From contig JAXLNO010004965.1 of assembly GCA_038087875.1 (NCBI GenBank), positions 1 to 45,098 of the forward strand: a stretch of DNA of 45,098 nucleotides, in the 5' to 3' direction. Source of the DNA: Malacoraja senta. Its lineage: Eukaryota. Every line of letters begins with the position of its first letter. The stretch's first letter is position 1. Shown in pieces: positions 10,273 through 21,030 of this stretch. The notes beneath the pieces are model-generated. The model made no database searches. It saw only the letters and a list, made by a program, of their open reading frames with translations, and was not told the DNA's origin. A program made the translations under genes and the position numbers.

Positions 10273-13200
10273 AATGGTTGGGGGGAGGGACTCAAATAGA
10301 GAATGCTATTAGACAGTGTGTGAGGCAGGAGGCAGAGAAGGAAAGCACTCAGACCCAACATGTAGGGGGGAAAGAAGAAAACAATAATAAACAGAGAATA
10401 AGAGGTGGTGGGGTTCTTAAATGGGTGAGCAGAGAAACAGAGGGGTGTAAAATGCGGGCGGAAGCAATAGGTAGCAAGGTGAAAGGTAAAAGTGGCAGGC
10501 AGACAAATCCAGGACAAAAATCAAAAAGAGCCACTTTTCAACATAATTGTATAAGGGGTAAGAGCGTTGTAAAAACAAGTCTGAAGGCTTTGTGTCTCAA
10601 TGCAAGGAGCATTCGTAATAAGGTGGATGAGTTGAACGTGCAGATAGCAATTAATGATTATGATATAGTTGGGATCACGGAGACATGGCTCCAAGGTGAC
10701 CAAGGCTGGGAGCTGAACATCCAGGGATATTCAATATTCAGGAGGGATAGAGAGAAAGGAAAAGGAGGTGGGGTGGCGTTGCTGGTTAGAGAGGAGATTA
10801 ACGCAGTGGAAAGGAAGGACATTAGCTTGGAGGATGTGGAATCGGTATGGGTAGAGCTGCGAAACACTAAGGGGCAGAAAACGCTGGTGGGCGTTGTGTA
10901 CAGGCCACCTAGCAGTAGTAGTGAAGTTGGGGATGGCATCAAACAGGAAATTAGAAATGCGTGCAACAAAGGCAAAACAGTTATAATGGGTGACTTCAAT
11001 CTACATATAGATTGGGTGAATCAAATTGGCAGGGGTGCTGAGGAAGAGGATTTCTTGGAATGTATGAGGGATAGTTATCTAAACCAACATGTAGAGGAAC
11101 CAACGAGAGAGCAGGCTATTCTAGACTGGGTATTGAGTAATGAGGAAGGGTTAGTTAGCAGACTTGTTGTGCGTGCCCCCTTGGGCAAGAGTGATCATAA
11201 TATGGTTGAGTTCTTCATTAGGATGGAGAGTGACATTGTTAATTCAGAAACAACGGTTCTGAACTTAAAGAAAGGTAACTTTGAGGGTATGAGACATGAA
11301 TTGGCCAAGATTGACTGGCAATTAGTTCTAAAAGGGTTGACGGTGGATATGCAATGGAAGGCATTTAAAGACTGCATGGATGAACTACAAAAATTGTTCA
11401 TCCCAGTTTGGCAAAAGAATAAATCAAGGAAGGTAGTGCATCCGTGGATAACAAGGGAAATCAGGGATAGTATCAAAGCAAAAGATGATGCGTACAAATT
11501 AGCCAGAAAAAGCAGCATACCAGAGGACTGGGAGAAATTCAGAGACCAGCAGAGGAGGACAAAGGGCTTAATTAGGAAAGGGAAAATAGATTATGAAAGG
11601 AAACTGGCAGGGAACATAAAAACTGACTGCAAAAGTTTTTATAGATATGTGAAGAGAAAGAGATTAGTTAAATCAAATGTAGGTCCCTTGCAGTCAGAAA
11701 CAGGTGAATTGATCATGGGGAACAAGGATATGGCAGACCAATTGAATAACTACTTTGGTTCCGTCTTCACTAAGGAAGACATAAATAATCTGCCGGAAAT
11801 AGCAGGGGGCCGCGGGTCAAAGGAGATGGAGGAACTGAGTGAAATCCAGGTTAGTCGGGAAGTGGTGTTGGGTAAATTGAATGGATTAAAGGCCGATAAA
11901 TCACCAGGGCCAGATAGGCTGCATCCCAGAGTACTTAAGGAAGTAGCTCCAGAAATAGTGGATGCATTAGTGATAATTTTTCAAAACTCTTTAGATTCTG
12001 GAGTAGTTCCTGAGGATTGGAGGGTAGCAAACGTAACCCCACTTTTTAAGAAGGGAGGGAGAGAGAAAACGGGGAATTACAGACCAGTTAGTCTAACATC
12101 GGTAGTGGGGAAACTGCTAGAGTCAGTTATTAAAGATGGGATAGCAGCACATTTGGAAAGTGGTGAAATCATTGGACAAAGTCAGCATGGATTTACGAAA
12201 GGTAAATCGTGTCTGACGAATCTTATAGAATTTTTCGAGGATGTAACTAGTAGAGTGGATAGGGGAGAACCAGTGGATGTGTTGTATCTGGACTTTCAGA
12301 AGGCTTTCGACAAGGTACCACATAAGAGATTAGGATACAAACTTAAATCACACGGTATTGGGGGTTCAGTATTGATGTGGATAGAGAACTGGCTGGCAAA
12401 CAGGAAGCAAAGAGTAGGAGTAAACGGGTCCTTTTCACAATGGCAGGCAGTGACTAGTGGGGTACCACAAGGCTCAGTGCTGGGACCCCAGCTATTTACA
12501 ATTTATATTAATGATCTGGACGAGGGAATTGAAAGCAACATCTCCAAGTTTGCGGATGACACTAAGCTGGGGGGCAGTGTTAGCTGTGAGGAGGATGCTA
12601 GGAGACTGCAAGGTGACTTGGATAGGCTGGGTGAGTGGGCAAATGTTTGGCAGATGCAGTATAATGTGGATAAATGTGAGGTTATCCACTTTGGTAGCAA
12701 AAACGGGAAGGCAGACTATTATCTAAATGGTGGCCGATTAGGAAATGGGGAGATGCAGCGAGACCTGGGTGTCATGGTACACCAGTCATTGAAAGTAGGC
12801 ATGCAGGTGCAGCAGGCAGTGAAGAAAGCGAATGGTATGTTGGCCTTCATAGCAAGAGGATTTGAGTATAGGAGCAGTGAGGTTCTACTGCAGTTGTACA
12901 GGGTCTTGGTGAGACCACACCTGGAGTATTGCGTACAGTTTTGGTCTCCAAATCTGAGGAAGGACATTATAGCCATAGAGGGAGTGCAGAGAAGGTTCAC
13001 CAGACTGATTCCTGGGATGTCAGGACTTTCATATGAAGAAAGACTGGATAGACTTGGCTTATACTCGCTAGAATTTAGGAGATTGAGAGGGGATCTTATA
13101 GAAACGTACAAGATTCTTATGGGGTTGGACAGGCTAGATGCAGGAAGATTATTCCCGATGTTGGGGAAGTCCAGGACAAGGGGTCACAGCTTAAGGATAA

Positions 13201-13388
13201 GGGGAAAATCCTTTAAGACCGAGATGAGGAAAAACGTTTTCACACAGAGAGTGGTGAATCTCTGGAACTCTCTGCCACAGAGGGTAGTTGAGGCCAGTTC
13301 ATTGGCTATATTTAAGAGGGAATTAGATGTGGCCCTTGTGGCTAAAGGGATCAGGGGGTATGGAGAGAAGGCAGGTACGGGATACTGA
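10089..13388 (+). CDS. CR1 ORF2p: APE endonuclease + reverse transcriptase
   Basis: Open for 1099 codons. EN motifs CLNARS, GITETW, GDFN and SDH; RT motifs [18 protein letters not shown] and KFADD. The first ATG is at 10452. Confidence 0.95.
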   Translation: MEDKCVAEGLVQKAGIQISGSLGLLLWKVRPVQKGWVALEPEGDRYPGGEICKGYWGDFKLEWLGGGTQIENAIRQCVRQEAEKESTQTQHVGGKEENNNKQRIRGGGVLKWVSRETEGCKMRAEAIGSKVKGKSGRQTNPGQKSKRATFQHNCIRGKSVVKTSLKALCLNARSIRNKVDELNVQIAINDYDIVGITETWLQGDQGWELNIQGYSIFRRDREKGKGGGVALLVREEINAVERKDISLEDVESVWVELRNTKGQKTLVGVVYRPPSSSSEVGDGIKQEIRNACNKGKTVIMGDFNLHIDWVNQIGRGAEEEDFLECMRDSYLNQHVEEPTREQAILDWVLSNEEGLVSRLVVRAPLGKSDHNMVEFFIRMESDIVNSETTVLNLKKGNFEGMRHELAKIDWQLVLKGLTVDMQWKAFKDCMDELQKLFIPVWQKNKSRKVVHPWITREIRDSIKAKDDAYKLARKSSIPEDWEKFRDQQRRTKGLIRKGKIDYERKLAGNIKTDCKSFYRYVKRKRLVKSNVGPLQSETGELIMGNKDMADQLNNYFGSVFTKEDINNLPEIAGGRGSKEMEELSEIQVSREVVLGKLNGLKADKSPGPDRLHPRVLKEVAPEIVDALVIIFQNSLDSGVVPEDWRVANVTPLFKKGGREKTGNYRPVSLTSVVGKLLESVIKDGIAAHLESGEIIGQSQHGFTKGKSCLTNLIEFFEDVTSRVDRGEPVDVLYLDFQKAFDKVPHKRLGYKLKSHGIGGSVLMWIENWLANRKQRVGVNGSFSQWQAVTSGVPQGSVLGPQLFTIYINDLDEGIESNISKFADDTKLGGSVSCEEDARRLQGDLDRLGEWANVWQMQYNVDKCEVIHFGSKNGKADYYLNGGRLGNGEMQRDLGVMVHQSLKVGMQVQQAVKKANGMLAFIARGFEYRSSEVLLQLYRVLVRPHLEYCVQFWSPNLRKDIIAIEGVQRRFTRLIPGMSGLSYEERLDRLGLYSLEFRRLRGDLIETYKILMGLDRLDAGRLFPMLGKSRTRGHSLRIRGKSFKTEMRKNVFTQRVVNLWNSLPQRVVEASSLAIFKRELDVALVAKGIRGYGEKAGTGY

Positions 13389-14428
13389 GTTGGATGATCA
13401 GCCATGATCGTATTGAATGGCGGTGCAGGCTCGAAGGGCCGAATGGCCTACTCCTGCACCTAATTTCTATGTATCTATGTATCTATGTATCATTGGTTGG
13501 TGCGGACTCAGTGGACCGAAGTGTCTGTTTCAATGCTCTCTCTCTAAACTAAACAAAAACTCAATACTCCTTCAAATAGTTTCGTTCACACATTTTCTAT
13601 GTTTTCTAACTTTCGCCTCCACACTAGGGTCAAATTACAGAGACCAATTAACCCATAAAACCTGGCATCTTTAGTATGTGTGTGAAAACTGGAGGACAGT
13701 GGAAACCCATGCGGTCATAGGGAATACATGCAAACTTCACACAGCCGACAACCGAGGTTAGGATTGAACTGATGTGTATGACGCACTGAGGCAGCAACTC
13801 TATCAGCAGCGCCACTCTGCCTCAGGTTGCGTCATGTTCAGCACAAACGTTGTTGGACAAAGGACCTGTTCTTCTATTACAGGGGCATTCCCATTCACCG
13901 TAAAATTCAGCGAACTCAGCACCATTGGGTCACTGGAAATATTCCCTGCCTGACCATCAGATCCCTCCAGATCAGTCGGACAGACACCAGTTAGGCAGAA
14001 TCTGCCTGCAAATGATTCATGTCCCTCAAACCCCTGCATCTCCATGCACCCACGAAGGTGCACCCCAGACGCCACCATCCCTGGCAGTGCTTTCCAGGCA
14101 CACACCACATAGTATGTAATAAAAACTTGCCCTTTTTAAAAAACTGCAGCTTCTACCCTGCACTGAATATAATGCAATAATTTAAATGCCATAGTAGGCA
14201 TTTAGTTAATTGGGATAATTTTAGTCAATTGGGAGGTGTGATTGCAAATCTTGTACAATATCATAAACCAAGTAAAATGTGACAGAGTGGCGCTATGGAG
14301 GCTTGAGTCCAGCGCCAACTAGCTCCGTGCCGAAGAAACTAAAAACGGGAGAAAATCGGGTCTTACCTGCAGCGATCACGATTTGAACGGCTGCCTGCGT
14401 GACGTCATCAGGCGCGCTACTTTACGGT

Positions 14429-15460
14429 ATGTCGTTACAACGTACCCCCACCCGTGTGACACAAAAAAAAGCCGTTAAAGGGAAACTGCAGACGGAAGAG
14501 GAAGGCCCTACAGAGGCCTCGGCCTCAGTTACAACGACGGCCCAGGAAGACCCTCGGAAGAAAATAAAACAGAAAAAGTCTGAAATGGAGGATCTTAAAA
14601 CTTTTCTCGTTGCCGAATTGAAAACCTTTGGAGAGAATTTTAAAGAGGAACTTTACTCTTTTAAGGTAGATTTTAAAGCAGAAATGCTTTCTACCGTTCA
14701 ACAAATACTGGAAATCTGGAAAAGGACGAGGGAGGAAGAAGTCAAGGATCAGATGGAAGCGCTGGAAGCCAGGCTCGTTTCGGTGGAAGCGAACGTTAAT
14801 ATGGATGTGGCCCCCATTCATCACGAACTTGATCAACATAGAACAGCGATAACCGAACTTGAGAAATGGGCGGCGACAAGTGCGGAAACTGTAAGTCGAC
14901 TCCTTACTGAAAACCAACGCCTCTCCGATATGGTGATCAAATTAAGTGATAAATGTACCGATTTGGAGGGACGTCAAAGACGTAAGAACCTAAGAATTGT
15001 AGGGGTGAAAGAAGGAAGTGAGAGGGAAATGGGCTCTCGGGACTTTGTGGCAGACCTATTACAAAAAGCCTTCAAATTGGATCACAAACCTTCACTCGGT
15101 CGAGCTCATAGAGCGCAGCGGCGTCGTACACAAGATGATGCCCATCCAAGACAAATTATCGTAAAGGTGCAACTGGATCATGAATTTGACGATATAATGA
15201 AGAAAATTGTTCGAGGCGGACAGCTCCTTTTTGAAGGTGTGAGATTCAGTATTTACCGAGATTATCCGGCAGAAGTCTTCAAGAAAAGAGCGCTGTTCAC
15301 TGAGACAAAAAGAATACTGAAGAATGTACCTGGTTTGAGATACGGCCTGCTTTATCCCGCAAGACTAAGAGTCACCTACAAGTCCAAGGAGCAATTTTTT
15401 ACAGACCACGAAAAAGCACTGGAATATGCCAAAGAAATCGGTAACATGACCGTAGACTGA
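14429..15460 (+). CDS. L1 ORF1p (coiled coil + RRM + CTD), open frame
   Basis: DLEGRQRRKNLRIVGVKEG, RAHR, IYRDYP and YGLLYPARLRVT are L1 ORF1 motifs. ATG at 14429. Confidence 0.9.
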   Translation: MSLQRTPTRVTQKKAVKGKLQTEEEGPTEASASVTTTAQEDPRKKIKQKKSEMEDLKTFLVAELKTFGENFKEELYSFKVDFKAEMLSTVQQILEIWKRTREEEVKDQMEALEARLVSVEANVNMDVAPIHHELDQHRTAITELEKWAATSAETVSRLLTENQRLSDMVIKLSDKCTDLEGRQRRKNLRIVGVKEGSEREMGSRDFVADLLQKAFKLDHKPSLGRAHRAQRRRTQDDAHPRQIIVKVQLDHEFDDIMKKIVRGGQLLFEGVRFSIYRDYPAEVFKKRALFTETKRILKNVPGLRYGLLYPARLRVTYKSKEQFFTDHEKALEYAKEIGNMTVD

Positions 15461-16468
15461 AGAATTTACATTACTCCTTAGGAGTCAAGGACTAACAGGA
15501 CCGCCAGATCTAAAAGGACCTTTAAAGGTCTTTTAAGAGCTTTAAGGACATTCGAAAACCGAAAAAGACAGAGGACATTGGAGAAAACCGTGATCTTTGT
15601 AATTTTTTTTTAAAACTTTTTTTTTTTTACTAATCATTATTATTATCTGTATATTCATATCTAACTATATATGTAACAACTAATACTTATTAAATATCCA
15701 TATTACCACTAAAATTATTAACATTAACATTTCTCATAAAAATTTAATACTGTATATGATTGATAACAATGATTAATAATTAATAGTCTTCGATTAACGT
15801 AGAAATGAATTACATACTTATATTATATAGGAGGATATGCAAGAGGTAAATTAGCCTACGTCATAATAAAGCTTGACGGTTTTTCTCTTTATTTTTCAAT
15901 TTCAAATTAAATTTATAGATTTAGCGAAGAAATTAATATGATATGTAGAGAATAATAACGTTGTGAATTTTTGCTGTTCTTGAACTTTTCTACAGGGATA
16001 CGTGCTTATGTATGTATGCACATGGGTATATATACATATATATATATGTATGTATATTGTGTGTGTGTATGTATGGGTATGTATATAAGTTTGTTATCCC
16101 AAAGAAGTTATTTGAATGTTAGAAATAATCTTTCTTTTTCTTCGGGCACGGAGCTGGGAATTTTTTTTTTCTTACAAAGGCTACGGAAGTCTTTAGAATT
16201 CTAGCCACGTTAGTGTGGCTATCACTAACTACACTAATTGTAGATGTAGTTCTTTTTCTTTCACCCTTTACTAATCAATTCTATCACTTTTTTCACTTTA
16301 AATATTTTTATAACTTAATGTTTGAATGGAAAAACAAGACTAATACAAGGAGATGTGTTCGGAAGAGCGATGTAGATGATTTTAAATTCATCTATCTGAA
16401 GTTCGGGAGCAGGGTCAGGTTTTATGTGTTGTACCTTCTGCTCGGTTATAGACCACTTTAGAAACAAT

Positions 16469-19400
16469 ATGCAAGATGTTAATATGACAAGAGGGGGTCA
16501 GGGAATAACATTTTGTAGTTGGAATGTCAAGGGAATCAATGAACCAATTAAGAGAGGTAAAGTTTTGGCACATCTAAATTTAATCAAAACAGATATAATA
16601 TTTCTCCAAGAAACACACCTTAAAAAGGAATCTCAACATAGACTTAAAGCTAAGTGGATCGCTGAATCATATCATTCCTCTTTTTCCCATAAGTCCAGAG
16701 GAGTTGCAATATTAATTCGTAAAGGAATACCTTTTACGAACTCTTCAACAATAGTGGATATTGATGGTAGATATATTATATTAGTTGGAGAGTTAAATGG
16801 AGAAAAAGTGATTCTTCTTAATGTATGTGGGCCTAACTTTGATAACCCCATGTTTTTTAATAAAACATTTAATAAAATTCCTGAATTTACACAATATAAA
16901 TTAATAATTGGAGGAGACTTCAATTGTACATTAGATTCATACTTAGATAGATCATCAAGGCAAAAAAAAGTAAAATCTCAATCAAGTGTATTTCTAAATT
17001 CATTTATTAATACCACTAATATTAAGGATGTCTGGAGAATAGAAAACCCAACTGGACGGGAATATTCATTTTACTCACCAGTATATAAAACATACTCAAG
17101 AATAGATTATTTTTTAGTTGACTCTACGTTTATCCCATTTATTTATAATTCAAAATACCATAACATTATAATCTCAGATCACGCACCTGTAACATTCATG
17201 ATAAAATTAAATGGAATGTCTGAGAAACAAGCATATTGGAGATTTAACCCACAAATTTTGAACGAAAGATCATGCCAGGAATATATTATTAAACAGATTC
17301 AAATATTTTTTGAGGTAAATGACAACCCTGACACACCTACTTCTCTTATGTGGGAAACGTTTAAAGCGTTTGTTCGAGGTACATTAATTTCTGCTCAAGC
17401 ATTTTATAATAAAGAGAACAGGATTAAGCAACAAACATTGGAAAGTGAAATCAAGCAACTAGATATAGAAAATGCGAGAATGCCATCTATTTTAAAACAT
17501 TATAAAATTGCTGTATTGAAATATAAATTAAATAAAATGTATTCAGAACAAGTAATAAAACTTTATCAAAAAACCAAACAATTACATTTTGAATTTGGAG
17601 ACAAACCACAAAAACTATTAGCACGTTAGTTACGAAAAATGGAAGGGGAAAAAATAATTCATAAAATTAGAACAGAGACAGGAGAATTATTAAAAATGCC
17701 CAAGGACATAAATGATAGATTTCTCCAATACTATCATAACCTTTATTCAACAAAAACCGTAGGACAATCAGAAGGAATAGCAGATTTTTTACTAAAATGT
17801 AATTTAAAAGGTTTAGATTCAAACGATAGAGAATTATTAGAAAAGGAGATTACGATAAAAGATATTGAGGAGTCTATTGGCTCTTTAAAAAATGTTAAAG
17901 CAGTAGGACCAGATGGTTTAGGCTCCGAATTTTATAAAAAAAATTATGATTTGCTTTGCCCACGTTTACAAAGACTGTATGAGTATATCTATACTCAACA
18001 GAAACTTCCAGACACTTTAAATGAATCTATAATAACACTTATTCCTAAAGCTGATAAAGATCCGGAAGACCCGGGATCATATAGAGCAATTGCACTTTTA
18101 AATACAGATCAGAAAATATTAACTAAAATACTAGCGCATAGATTAAGTACAGTGATGAATAAATTAATACACCCTGACCAAACAGGCTTTATTCAGAAAC
18201 GGTACTCATATTATAATCTAAGAAGATTATTTAATATTATATATTCCAAGAGAATTATTAATGAAGATCTAGCAATAATCTCACTTGACGCTGAAAAAGC
18301 ATTTGATCAGGTCGAATGGTCTTATTTATTTTCGGTGATGGAAAATATGCAGCTAGGGGAGAAATTCTGTACATGGATAAAACTGTTATATACAAATCCC
18401 ATGGCTAGAATATTTACAAACCAAAGGTTGTCATCTAAATTTAGCCTATCTAGAGGTTGTAGACAAGGATGCCCGTTATCTCCATTATTATTTGCGCTTG
18501 CTATTGAGCCACTTGCAGAAAGAGTCAGGGGGCATCCGGAAATACACGGGTGTAACACAAAGGACACAGTGAATAAAATTTCTCTATACGCAGATGATGT
18601 ATTAATTTACATTACAAAACCAGAAATTAGTATTCCAAACTTATTAAAGCTAATAACCCAATTTGGTTCACTTTCAGGATACAGAATAAATTGGAATAAA
18701 AGTGAAATTATGCCAATAAGGGAACGTAACAAACAGATAATACAACAATTTCCATTTAAAATAGTAAAGGTAAAATTTAAATATCTAGGTATTTATGTAA
18801 CTAAGATATATACATCATTATTTAAAGCAAATTTTCCACCATTACTGAATAAACTACATAAGAATATTCAATACTGGAAAACACTTCCTATCTCAATGGT
18901 TGGCAAGATTAATGCCATAAAAATGATTTTTTTACCGCAAATATTATACTTTTTTCAGACAATTCCGATATATCTGGCAAAAGACTTTTTTAAAAAACTG
19001 GACTCTATTGTTAATGATTTTATCTGGGATTATAAGAATCATAGGATAAACAAAAGACATTTGTGTAAATCAAAAATAAATGGAGGCTTGGTTTTACCCA
19101 ACTTTTTGTTTTATTTCTGGGCAGTTAATATTAAAAATATGAATTTCTGCTTGGAAGAAATAGATCATCAACCAGACTGGTTAAAAATGGAAAAGGAAGA
19201 TTGTTTACCTTTTGATATCGGTTCGATATTATTTGCTACGTCTAAATTAAACAAAAAAACTTATAGGGAAAACCCTATAATATTTAGTGCTATACGAATT
19301 TGGAAAAAATTAAAACAGATTAAAATTAGATAATTTATCACTTTTTCTTCCAATTGTGAATAACCCTTTGTTTAAGCCTTCATGGTTGGACGGGGGTTTT

Positions 19401-19978
19401 ACACAATGGAAGAATTATGGAATTAAAAATATGGGACAACTTTACAAGGAAGGCACTTTTCTGACATTTCAGGAGTTGCAACAGACTTATGGACTTCGAG
19501 GAAATGATTATTTCAGATATCTTCAACTTAGAGATAAAATCTTTCAACATATCTCACCTATATGTGATAAATGTCAACATTTAGAAGCTACCTTATCTCA
19601 TATGTTTGCAAACTGTATAAAATTAAAAAATTCTGGGTAAATATTTTCAGTATAATATCTAAAATAACCAGCACACAATTGGACCCAGATCCAAAATTAA
19701 TAATACTTGGAATATTAGAATTAAATCAAACATTTAGAACAACACAAAGAAACTTTATTGATTATAGTTTAATAACAGGAAAAGAATTAATTCTAAAATT
19801 TTGGAAAGGCCCTACGATCCCCACAATCAAAATGTGGATTATAGAAATGACGGAGACCTTAAACGAGGAAAGAATCAGATTCTCCCTGTTGGACAAACAG
19901 GAATTATTCGTTGGAACATGGTCTCCTTTTATTGATTACTTAAAGGGTCAGAACAGTTCAGCACAGGAACCTGACTAG
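16469..19978 (+). pseudogene. L1 ORF2 (EN-RT-Cys domain), disrupted
   Basis: SWNVKG, LQETH, GGDFN, SRIDY and SDHAP; DAEKAFD, QGCPLSP and YADD; CDKC...HMFANC. Stops at 17627-17629 and 19331-19333, an apparent deletion near 19530, and a frameshift. Confidence 0.92.
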
Positions 19979-20088
19979 CACTCGGGCTAAAGAATGGATG
20001 AAATGCTATACTTAGAAATGTACGAATATATCTCGAATGAAGTTTTTTATTTTAATAAATTTTTCCATTCTTCTTTAATTATCTCTTT

Positions 20089-20125
<37 letters not shown>

Positions 20126-20458
20126 CTTCTTTTCTTTCTTTACTTCATCTATCTCTTTAGTTCTATTTAGTTTATAAAAAAAAAGGCAAAAGGTATTGGA
20201 GACAATGTAATAATAATTGACAATATTATCAATTTAAAAATGTAAGACTGTAATGATGTAAATAGGTTGTGTACTTATCTCCAATAAAAAATATTTTCAA
20301 AAAAAAAAAAATGTGACAGTCAAAATGGCCAGGCACAAAGAACAGAATAATCATGAACATCAATAACATGTCAATAACTAGACTCTCCTAGCAGCAGCAT
20401 GCTGTAAGGTTGCAAACTCGTTTGCTCCCTTAACTTTTAACTTCCACTGACCACTCTT

Positions 20459-21030
20459 TCAATCAATCAATCAATCAATCAGTCAACCTTTATTGTCATC
20501 TTGCAAGCAACAGTTGTACAGTGCAAAATGAAAAGACGTTTCCCAGGGAATACCGGAGCATCGCACATGAAATTTAAAACATTTCTCACATAATAACACT
20601 AAAAACAATCCAGTCCCTGATGGAACAGTATAAATAGTTAAAAAGTAGGTAAAACAACAACGTTAAAATACAGTAAAACCAATCATAAACATGTCCGGGG
20701 CAGCTGATTTGAGTGGCCAGTGCCAGTTATTGAAGTGGTCAGTGCCAGTTATTAAAGTGTCCGTGCCAAGCCACAGAATCAGGTGACTGTGAGTACAGAG
20801 TGGCTGTTTAGCAGCCTCACAGCATATGGCAGGAAGCTGTTTAGCAGTCTTGTAGTCCGGGCTTTGATGCTGCGATATCTCTTGCCTGATGGCAGGAGAT
20901 CCAGGTGTATGTGGAGGGGTGCAGTTTGTCCTTAGCAATTCTCTGAGCTTTTTTCAGACAGCGGCTCTGGAACAGTTCTCGTACCGAGGGTAGGGAGACG
21001 CCAATGATCCTCTCTGCTCCCCTCACTACC
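20459..21030 (-). mobile_element. Rex1/Babar-like LINE 3' fragment with (GATT)n tail
   Basis: Near-identical reverse complement of 24270-24812. It encodes [21 protein letters not shown]. Confidence 0.88.

Larger units (their letters stand above)
8980..13488 (+). mobile_element. Full-length CR1 (HER1-like) LINE with both ORFs intact
   Basis: ATCAT TSD at 8975-8979 and 13489-13493, 5' UTR with repeats, ORF1, ORF2, a 3' UTR and a (TCTATGTA)n tail. Confidence 0.95.
14286..20307 (+). mobile_element. Full-length L1 element (inactivated ORF2)
   Basis: 12-bp TSD AAAATGTGACAG at 14274-14285 and 20308-20319, target resembling TT/AAAA, CpG-rich 5' UTR, ORF1, an inter-ORF spacer of about 1 kb, ORF2, AATAAA and a poly(A) tail. 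Confidence 0.95.

Noticed and set aside
9575-13405. Many antisense or alternate-frame ORFs over the CR1 copies (also 35228-38363 and 40677-41331)
   Set aside because: Shadow ORFs of the retrotransposon coding strand.
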